A DNA stretch of 34,577 nucleotides from positions 1 to 34,577 of the forward strand of contig JBARPA010000329.1 of assembly GCA_049642665.1 (NCBI GenBank), written 5' to 3'. The DNA is from Candidatus Zixiibacteriota bacterium. GTDB taxonomy: Bacteria; Zixibacteria; MSB-5A5; SM23-73-2. The position numbers and the translations under genes are program-made. A model generated the notes under the pieces. It was not told the DNA's origin. It saw nothing but the letters and a program-made list of their open reading frames with translations, and searched no databases. This document shows positions 1-6,803 of the stretch, one piece after another (the stretch's first letter is position 1; every line of letters starts with the position of its first letter).

Positions 1-1320
1 GAGATAGGCAGAGAAATTATTGTGCCACTTTTAGAGAGAATGGGGTGTAGAGACGTCAAATTTTGTGGCGGTCCAAGGGAAAAAGGTGCAGACATACGTT
101 ATTCTTTCTCCAGTATACCAGATCAAGTAAAGAAGTTTACTGGTATTCAGATAAAAAAGGGTAATATAGACGCGAAGTCAAAAAACGAAGCTAATATCAC
201 AGAGCTGGTAACACAAGCAAGAAAAGCATTAGTTATTCCTTACTTCGATCCTCTAACGCAGAAGGAATACACGTTGTCAAGGTATATAATATGTGGCTTT
301 GGAGAAATAACTTCTGAGGCTCAAGAATATATCAAACAAAGGCTCAAAGAAGATAAGTTTGAAAAGGATATTGATTTTTGGCCAGGTATGATTATTGCAC
401 AATATATCCACGATTATTATTTAGAGAATTTCACAAAATATTTTAATATTCAAGCTGAGGAACTAGAAGAAACTTACGAAGCCTCTATTAAGCTATTATT
501 TAAAGATTTGTACTCGAGAATGCCACAGGAGGAGGAGATAATTGATATCTGGAATTTCGCCAGAAAGCGAGGGCTTAAACCTAAACAAATTAAGGGAATC
601 CTTACTGATACGGATCTTCAACAAAAGCTGAATGTAATATACAAAGAACTGCTTAAAAGAGAAGTTGATCCTGTTGGTCAGGTTGCTTGGGGATATCTTT
701 ATAGACTAAATCCAAATGAAGAACGCTTAATGTTAATCAGAGAAAGGATAATGCAAAGCCACGAATTCATAATGAAGCTACCTAAAATAAAGTTTTCCTT
801 CAATGATCAACCAATGATACAGGCAAGTTTTGATAGATTATTTCAATCTGTAAATGGATGGATAACATACCATGGAACTGATTGTAAAGGACAACTGAAT
901 ATTATTCACGATGAAGAGGTGAAGGCGTCTGTAGCTGAAATAATTCCATACGAGAACGGAAAATATTTTAGGATTCAGTACCCGATGTCAGTAACTGCTC
1001 ATCAGAGAAAAAAGGTACGATTAAATTTCAAAACAAAACACCATTTTGAATTCTTTGTGTTCTCTTTAGCAAAAGATGGAAAGAATTACTTTGTTAGATA
1101 CACCCCAACTAAAAGTGGGCAATCAAAATCACAGTATGGCGGGATCCAATACGCACTTCATTATATTGGTAAGAATTTCTTGGATAATAAATGGTACAAT
1201 ATAGATATAGATGTAGGTGAAGATTTGAAGTCAGTATTTAATGTTGATCTTTCGCATATATTATATTTCTGCTTTTCTGTAACGGGCCCATTTAAGGTTG
1301 GATATATAGAATTGTTTTAA
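1..1320 (+). CDS. 5'-truncated protein with an Mrr-type (PD-(D/E)xK) restriction-endonuclease-like N-terminal domain, a DUF4214-like segment and an uncharacterised C-terminus
   Basis: Frame 1 is open from base 1 with no stop before the GTG at 22, so the gene probably begins upstream of the window. EIGREIIVPLLERMGCRDV..GGPREKGADIRY..GIQIKKGNI follows the Mrr_cat pattern (lGy..v..gDgGiDi...vQcKr). LLKREVDPVGQVAWGYLYRLNPNEERLMLIRERIMQSHEF resembles DUF4214. Stop TAA at 1318-1320. Confidence 0.6.
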   Translation, partial: EIGREIIVPLLERMGCRDVKFCGGPREKGADIRYSFSSIPDQVKKFTGIQIKKGNIDAKSKNEANITELVTQARKALVIPYFDPLTQKEYTLSRYIICGFGEITSEAQEYIKQRLKEDKFEKDIDFWPGMIIAQYIHDYYLENFTKYFNIQAEELEETYEASIKLLFKDLYSRMPQEEEIIDIWNFARKRGLKPKQIKGILTDTDLQQKLNVIYKELLKREVDPVGQVAWGYLYRLNPNEERLMLIRERIMQSHEFIMKLPKIKFSFNDQPMIQASFDRLFQSVNGWITYHGTDCKGQLNIIHDEEVKASVAEIIPYENGKYFRIQYPMSVTAHQRKKVRLNFKTKHHFEFFVFSLAKDGKNYFVRYTPTKSGQSKSQYGGIQYALHYIGKNFLDNKWYNIDIDVGEDLKSVFNVDLSHILYFCFSVTGPFKVGYIELF

Positions 1321-1335
1321 CTCAATTGACATCAC

Positions 1336-1460
1336 CTTAGGTCTGGAGACCCAGGGCTACCCGGACTCAGTCTTTTAAACGCGGGAGTTAAGTCATAATT
1401 CAAAAGCAAAGAATAAAGAGAGGTATATGTGACATATTCGAATATAAACAAGTTAGGCGC
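1336..1460 (+). repeat. Structured repeat, type E3: P hairpin, second hairpin, A-rich linker, AT palindrome, ending in GTTAGGC
   Basis: P module GGTCTGGAGACCCAGGGCTACCC lies at 1340-1362. CTACCCGG...CGCGGG forms the second hairpin, ATATTCGAATAT is the palindrome, and the element ends ATAAACAAGTTAGGCG with GTTAGGC at 1452-1458. It is homologous to copies at 4729-4890, 6681-6772 and 11221-11340. Confidence 0.85.
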
Positions 1461-1484
1461 AATGCGTAATTTGGAGATTAAAAA

Positions 1485-1883
1485 ATGAGGATATACATAA
1501 CCCATTGTTCTGGAAAGAAAGACGATTCGTTAAAACATACTGGTAAGAAAGTAACTCCAGATAAGTTGTATACCGGAAGTACAACTCAACCTTTCATGAA
1601 TAGATGTAAAGAGAAGCAGGTTAAATGGGCAATTTTCTCAGATTTATATGGTGTTTGGTTTCCAAATGTAGAACATGAATGGTATGACAAACACCCCGAT
1701 ACAGTTACTGAGCAGGAATTCGAGAATCTCGTAGACGATTTTGACCAAAAACTTCGGGAATATGATGAAATTTGGTTTTATTACAAGCCTAGACGTTTTC
1801 ATCGTTTGTATGAGAAGTTATTACAGGGAACCAACCTAAAAGATAAAGTAAAACGATTTACTTGTATCGACGAGATTGTTTAG
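1485..1883 (+). CDS. DUF6884-like hypothetical protein
   Basis: A GGAG motif lies 8 nt upstream of the ATG. MRIYITHCSGKK...KLYTGSTTQPF...WAIFSDLYGVWFPN..EWYD follows my recollection of the DUF6884 pattern (ISCSxxK...ELYxGxxF...ILSAxxGLxxP...xPYD). This was not checked against a database. Confidence 0.5.
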   Translation: MRIYITHCSGKKDDSLKHTGKKVTPDKLYTGSTTQPFMNRCKEKQVKWAIFSDLYGVWFPNVEHEWYDKHPDTVTEQEFENLVDDFDQKLREYDEIWFYYKPRRFHRLYEKLLQGTNLKDKVKRFTCIDEIV

Positions 1884-1894
1884 GTGTAATAAGA

Positions 1895-2608
1895 ATGTCT
1901 GAACTATGTAAATGGCTAAATGAAGGATTGGAACAGCTACCCCTCATTAAATTCCCTTTCAAATTGGAACAATTACCTCAGAAAGGTATATATTTCTTCT
2001 ATGAAAAAGGTGAAATATGGGCCCATGGTCGGGATAACCCAAGAATAGTTAGAATTGGCACACATAAAAACAGAAATTTTAGAAGTCGTATCAAAGAACA
2101 TTTTCTTTTGGATGAATCAAAAATGGGCTTTGATAAGGATAAGCCTAAACCTTCTGATCGAAGCATTTTCAGGAAAAATATCGGCAGGGCATTGCTGAAC
2201 AGAGATAGAGATGACTACCTACAAGTTTGGAAGATAGATTTCATGACACGAGGAAAGAGGGAGTGTTTAGGACATAAACGAGATATAGACAAGGAAAAAA
2301 GAATAGAATCAACAATTACAAGAATCCTTAGAGAAAGATTTTCTTTTAGATTTATTGTGATAGAAAGTCAAACGGAGAGGATGGGAAGCAAAGGACTTGA
2401 AAGTTCTCTTATTGGAACAGTATCGCATTGCAAATTATGTACGCCATCTAATGGCTGGTTAGGACATTTTTCACCTCAGAAACGGATCAAGAATAGTGGC
2501 TTATGGTTAGTCCAACATATAGATTCTGAAGGAATAAATAACCAACATAAGAAAATCATTTCAGATACTATCACGAGAACAAAAGAATGGATTATGAACA
2601 GCAGATAA
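1895..2608 (+). CDS. GIY-YIG nuclease superfamily protein
   Basis: KGIYFFYEKGE..(x13)..IVRIGTH..RSRIKEHF matches GIY-(x10-15)-YIG plus the conserved Arg, and LESSLIG supplies a later conserved Glu. I prefer the ATG at 1895 (AGGTG 8 nt upstream) to the TTG at 1862 in the ORF track. The gene follows the previous stop by 11 nt, so the two are probably co-transcribed. Confidence 0.6.
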   Translation: MSELCKWLNEGLEQLPLIKFPFKLEQLPQKGIYFFYEKGEIWAHGRDNPRIVRIGTHKNRNFRSRIKEHFLLDESKMGFDKDKPKPSDRSIFRKNIGRALLNRDRDDYLQVWKIDFMTRGKRECLGHKRDIDKEKRIESTITRILRERFSFRFIVIESQTERMGSKGLESSLIGTVSHCKLCTPSNGWLGHFSPQKRIKNSGLWLVQHIDSEGINNQHKKIISDTITRTKEWIMNSR

Positions 2609-2784
2609 CACAGCATATACGCTTCTGGCTATGGCTCTTGCCCTTCGAGACGTTGCTCCCTTCAGTCGCAATGTGGTATGTGCTACTTCCGTTAAGTAAA
2701 ATGGAAGAGAAACGATGAATAGAAAAATGATAGAGGATGCAAAACAATCATATTCGCTTATAAACGAGTTTTACGCAATATGCG
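2603..2784 (+). repeat. Mosaic repeat cluster: attC-like element B1, a 5' fragment of module M1, and the 3' end of module M4
   Basis: B1 spans 2603-2697 (AGATAAC...GTTAAGT). AGCATATAC (2612-2620) pairs with GTATGTGCT (2676-2684). M1 (AAAATGGAAGAG..GATGCAAAACAATC, 2698-2749) is joined abruptly to ATATTCGCTTATAAACGAGTTTTACGCAATATGCG, which matches 1434-1466. Confidence 0.8.
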
Positions 2785-2829
2785 TTTGTAGTTGGCAATC
2801 TCAATATGAAATCAGGAGCATATTAGGAT

Positions 2830-4536
2830 ATGGGAATACCTTTACTAAGTGACATTGTCATCGTACTTGGGCTGTCCATTGTAGTACTCTTCGTATGCAG
2901 TCACCTTCGAATACCCACAATTGTGGGATTTTTCCTGACCGGGATGCTGGCAGGGCCTCACGGACTGGGATTGATAAAAGCGGTTCACGAAGTTGAAATC
3001 TTAGCTGAAATCGGGATTGTGTTGTTGCTTTTTACTATTGGAATGGAGTTCTCACTTAAAAACCTGTTGCGCATCAAGAAATCGATCTTGATGGGCGGAT
3101 CGCTTCAGGTGTGGCTAACTTTTTTAGCTGTTTTTGTCATAGCTATGAAACTCGGTCAGTCCTTTAGTGAATCGATATTTTTAGGATTTCTTATATCGCT
3201 CAGCAGCACGGCAATTGTGCTCAAAGTCATCCAGCAAAGAGCAGAGGTTGATAGTCCTTATGGAAGTACTACTCTTGGCATCTTGATTTACCAGGATGTC
3301 ATTATTGTTCCCATGATGCTCTTTACGCCTCTTTTGGTTGGGGCGACAGCCAATTATGGCGTATCCCCTCTTATTCTTCTGATCAAAGGAGTAGGAATCA
3401 TCGCTTTTGTGATTGTCAGTTCTAAATGGATTGTGCCACAGGTATTGTATCAAATTGCAAGAACGCGCAACCGTGAACTATTTCTACTGAGTGTTGTCAT
3501 AATATGCTTTGGCTTTGCCTGGCTGTTCTCCAGTGCAGGATTGTCCCTGGCATTGGGTGCATTTTTAGCAGGATTGATCATATCTGAATCTGAATACGCT
3601 CATCAGGCACTTGGCAATATTTTACCCCTCCGCGATATCTCTATGAGTTTCTTTTTCATCTCCATTGGAATGCTTCTGGACGTCGGTTTTCTATTCCAGC
3701 ACCCGGGTCTCATTGTGCTGATTGCTTTAGGAGTCCTGGCATTAAAGACCTTCATCGCTGGCTTCGCAGCTACTTTATTAGGATTTCCATTTCGTACTGT
3801 AGTTTTGGTTGGTCTGGCACTCAGTCAGGTCGGTGAATTTTCTTTCATTCTCTCTAAGACCGGTATTGAATTTGGTTTACTTGCTGGGGATACTTATCAG
3901 ATGTTTCTGGCTGTCTCTGTGCTGACCATGGCATTAACACCAGTGATCATAGCTTTTGCGCCCCGGACCGCTGATTTTGTCTTGCAGTTACCAATGCCGG
4001 CAAGGTTAAGAACGGGTTTCTCTCCTGTGCAAGAGGTGAAGTTGCCGCGCAAAAAAGATCACCTGGTCATCATTGGATTTGGATTTAACGGAAGGAATCT
4101 GGCGCGGGCTGCCAAGGTAAGGGGTATTCCCTACTCTATTATTGAAATGAATCCTGAGACGGTGAGGGAAGAAAAAATAAAAGGTGAACCAATCCATTAT
4201 GGCGACGCAACCCATAAAGCGGTACTTGGGCGCGCAGACATCAAAGATGCGAGGGTTGCGGTTGTGGCCATCTCTGACCCCGCGGCAACTCGCAGGATTG
4301 TTGAGCTGGTTCGGAAAGTCAACCCCGGGATTTATGTTATAGTGCGAACTCGTTTTATCCAGGAAGTTAAAAGCCTGCGCAGGTTAGGGGCAGATGAAGT
4401 TATTCCCGAGGAATTCGAGACCTCGGTAGAGATCTTTGCACGGGTTCTGGAGAAGTATCTTGTCCCAAGAGATGAGATCGACAAATATATCGATGAAATA
4501 AGATCAGAGGACTACGATATGCTTGGGCCCAGATAA
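2830..4536 (+). CDS. Monovalent cation:proton antiporter, CPA2 family (KefB/YbaL-like), with a C-terminal TrkA-N/RCK domain
   Basis: About 11-12 hydrophobic helices with a Na_H_Exchanger-like N-terminus (MGIPLLSDIVIVLGLS..GFFLTGMLAGPHGLGLI). A Rossmann-type HLVIIGFGFNGRNLARAA..IIEMNP motif sits in the C-terminal third. Confidence 0.85.
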   Translation: MGIPLLSDIVIVLGLSIVVLFVCSHLRIPTIVGFFLTGMLAGPHGLGLIKAVHEVEILAEIGIVLLLFTIGMEFSLKNLLRIKKSILMGGSLQVWLTFLAVFVIAMKLGQSFSESIFLGFLISLSSTAIVLKVIQQRAEVDSPYGSTTLGILIYQDVIIVPMMLFTPLLVGATANYGVSPLILLIKGVGIIAFVIVSSKWIVPQVLYQIARTRNRELFLLSVVIICFGFAWLFSSAGLSLALGAFLAGLIISESEYAHQALGNILPLRDISMSFFFISIGMLLDVGFLFQHPGLIVLIALGVLALKTFIAGFAATLLGFPFRTVVLVGLALSQVGEFSFILSKTGIEFGLLAGDTYQMFLAVSVLTMALTPVIIAFAPRTADFVLQLPMPARLRTGFSPVQEVKLPRKKDHLVIIGFGFNGRNLARAAKVRGIPYSIIEMNPETVREEKIKGEPIHYGDATHKAVLGRADIKDARVAVVAISDPAATRRIVELVRKVNPGIYVIVRTRFIQEVKSLRRLGADEVIPEEFETSVEIFARVLEKYLVPRDEIDKYIDEIRSEDYDMLGPR

Positions 4537-4545
4537 ATTGCCAAA

Positions 4546-4893
4546 GTTGCGAGGATGCAAAACAATCGATAGCAACACGTCTCCTGAGTGAAAAATCAGG
4601 CTTCGGGGTCAGGAGACCAGGGGCTACCCATATATGTACCAGATATATAGAGAGTTCTGAAAAAATGAAAGGACCGGTCGGGCAAGGTGCCCGGCCTACG
4701 AAAAATGAATGATTTTGTGCATTCTGCCCCCTGGGTCAGGAGACCCAGGGCTACCCGGATTTAATCTCTTAGACGCGGGAGGTAAGTCATAATTCGACAC
4801 CAAAGAATAAACAGACGTATATGCGATATGGTCGCATATCTTCCCAATTTGGCAGTACATCCCACACGTTTGGATATAAACAAGTTAGGCGAA
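4546..4893 (+). repeat. Mosaic repeat cluster: M1 3' fragment, then E2 (P plus GC hairpin), then E3
   Basis: GTTGCGA at 4546-4552 is followed by GGATGCAAAACAATCGATAGC..TCTCCTGAGTGAAAAATCAGGC (M1). One P copy lies at 4605-4629. An AT palindrome follows, then hairpin GGTCGGGCA-AGG-TGCCCGGCC (4676-4696) followed by TACG. A second P copy has a perfect 9-bp stem, CCCTGGGTC-AGGA-GACCCAGGG (4729-4750), followed by CTACCC. Then come M3/M4, with ATATGCGA..TCGCATAT, ending in GTTAGGC at 4884-4890. Confidence 0.85.
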
Positions 4894-4944
4894 ATTTATG
4901 AATCGCATCTAGAAGAGCTTATACAAAGAAAGTGAAAGGTAAAT

Positions 4945-6396
4945 ATGAAAGCCCTAATAATTGCTGCAGGACAAGGAAGCAGGCTAAATGATTCAACCAA
5001 AGGTAACCCCAAATCACTAATTAAACTTTTAGGTTTATCCTTGATTGAAAGAGTAATCCTAACTGCAAAACAAGCTGATGTTGACGAATTTGTAATAGTC
5101 GTCGGCTATCTCGGAGAAAAAATAAAAGAGAAATTAGGCGGTGGAAATAAGTATGGGGTAAAGATAGCTTACATTGAAAATAGAGAATGGCAAAGAGGAA
5201 ATGGGGTTTCTGTGTTGAAAGCTAAAGAATTGTTAAATGAAAATTTTGTTCTGTTGATGTCAGACCATATTTTTGATTATCGCATTCTTAGAAAACTCAT
5301 CGATTATGACACAAAGAGTTCAGTGGTTTTAGCTGTTGACAGGAGAAAATCCCTACCGGGGGACACGAAAGTTCTAGAAAAAGAGGGGAATATTGTTGAT
5401 ATTGGCAAGAATATAGAAAAATCAAACTGTATAGATATTGGTATCTTCTTGTTTTCACCAAAAATATTTTCGTATATTGGAGAATCTGTAAAAGAAGGCA
5501 AGACTGAACTTGCAGATGCTATTCATAAAGCTGCTCAGAACAGAGATGCCCAAATATTCGACATCACGAAAATTAACAGCTATATCCCGAGTATGCGCAA
5601 GGAGATTAAAGCTTTCTGGATGGATATTGATACAAAGCAGGATCTAATCGAAGCAAAGAAGATTTTGATTGAGAATTCTTGTAAAGGAAGAAATGACTTA
5701 CTTGCAACCTATGTCAACAAGCCAATAGAAAATTTCATTGTAAGCAGATTGGTAAACACGCGGATTACACCAAACCGGGTTACCATACTAATAAACATAG
5801 TTGCTTATACATCCACATTTTGTTTCCTCAAAGGGCATCTATTATTTGCTTCCCTCCTCACCTTTGTCGTTTCATTTATGGACGGTGTGGACGGAAAACT
5901 CTCAAGAGTGAAATTATCTTTTTCAAATATTGGAAAAATGGAGCACGCATTTGATTACCTATTTGAACACTCGTGGTATATAGCATTGGCAATCTGTTTA
6001 TCAAATACATTTGGAACAATACCGGTTTTACTTAGCACATTCATACTTCTCTTCGATGGGTTTTCTATGAAATGTGGAAGTGCATTTGGAAAAGGGATCA
6101 AAAATCGTCCACTTCAAGATTATGGACGAATTGAACAACTATTTAGAAAATTTGATGGTAGAAAGAACAGTTATATAATCCTTATCTTAATAGGTGTTTT
6201 GCTAAATGTGCCTTTCTGGTCATTAGTTGCCATATTTGTATGGTCATTAGTCAGTGCTATATTTTATTCTTCGAGAACTATAAAACATCTCCATTATATG
6301 GATCGTAAGAAACATGAACAAAAATTTGGGGATTCAAAAACTCTTCGCAACTCTTCGAGTTACTCGGTACTACCGCGCTCGCCTGACAGCGGATAA
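4945..6396 (+). CDS. Bifunctional sugar-phosphate nucleotidyltransferase / CDP-alcohol phosphatidyltransferase (IPCT/DIPPS-like architecture)
   Basis: The N-terminus MKALIIAAGQGSRL is an NTP_transferase G-loop. The C-terminal half is membrane-embedded and carries DGVDGKLSR(x8)G, the first half of the CDP-alcohol transferase signature. The last ~5 codons run into repeat element B2, which starts at 6381. Confidence 0.7.
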   Translation: MKALIIAAGQGSRLNDSTKGNPKSLIKLLGLSLIERVILTAKQADVDEFVIVVGYLGEKIKEKLGGGNKYGVKIAYIENREWQRGNGVSVLKAKELLNENFVLLMSDHIFDYRILRKLIDYDTKSSVVLAVDRRKSLPGDTKVLEKEGNIVDIGKNIEKSNCIDIGIFLFSPKIFSYIGESVKEGKTELADAIHKAAQNRDAQIFDITKINSYIPSMRKEIKAFWMDIDTKQDLIEAKKILIENSCKGRNDLLATYVNKPIENFIVSRLVNTRITPNRVTILINIVAYTSTFCFLKGHLLFASLLTFVVSFMDGVDGKLSRVKLSFSNIGKMEHAFDYLFEHSWYIALAICLSNTFGTIPVLLSTFILLFDGFSMKCGSAFGKGIKNRPLQDYGRIEQLFRKFDGRKNSYIILILIGVLLNVPFWSLVAIFVWSLVSAIFYSSRTIKHLHYMDRKKHEQKFGDSKTLRNSSSYSVLPRSPDSG

Positions 6397-6772
6397 AAGG
6401 CTGCGGTGCTACGCACCTTTGCCCAAATCCAACGTTACGGCTGGACTTCGGATACGCTTGCAAGGTCAAGTAAAATGGAAGAAAAAGGAGGAATAGAAAA
6501 ATGATAGAGGATGCAAGAGAATGGATACTAAGATGTCTCCTGAGTGAAAAAGTAGGCTAATGGGTCTGGAAACCCAGGGCTACCCGTATATGCACCAGAT
6601 ATAAAGGGAGTTCTGAAAAAATGAAAGGACCGGTCGAGCAAGGTGCCCAACCTACGAAGAGTCAATGATTTACATTACTAATGGGTACCGCGATTTAATC
6701 TTTTAGACGCAGGAAGTAGTCGTAATTCAAAAGCAAAGAATAAAGAGAGGTATAGACGAAATTTTGTTTGGC
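6381..6772 (+). repeat. Mosaic repeat cluster: attC-like B2, full M1, E2, then an E3 whose P module is internally deleted
   Basis: B2 spans 6381-6471 (GCCTGAC...GTCAAGT). M1 spans 6472-6560, and P lies at 6561-6585. The GC hairpin at 6632-6652 has two mismatches. Then CTAATGGGTACCGCGATTTAATC (6679-6700) is a P copy lacking 16 nt. M3 follows, and the cluster ends in GTTTGGC at 6766-6772. Confidence 0.8.
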
Positions 6773-6803
6773 AACTCCAAAACCTGAAAAAAGGAGGCAA
6801 AAA

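Noticed and set aside
1862-1894. Overlap of the GIY-YIG ORF (TTG at 1862) with the upstream gene as a sign of translational coupling or frameshifting
   Set aside because: An in-frame ATG at 1895 with a properly spaced AGGTG gives a simpler non-overlapping model.
4729-4890. E3 repeats as canonical attC sites with R''-L''...L'-R' forming a single long hairpin
   Set aside because: The end GTTAGGC is core-site-like, but I could not find a complementary R'' in most copies (only 14217-14223 is perfect). The sequence next to R' (ATATAAACAA) has no complementary partner next to the 5' end. The element instead folds into three separate local hairpins. I therefore kept this only as a hypothesis, not as a feature call.
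6278-6496. Track ORFs 6278-6469 (-) and 6314-6496 (+)
   Set aside because: They run through the 3' end of the transferase gene and the B2/M1 repeat modules. Their open frames are by-products of the repeat sequence.
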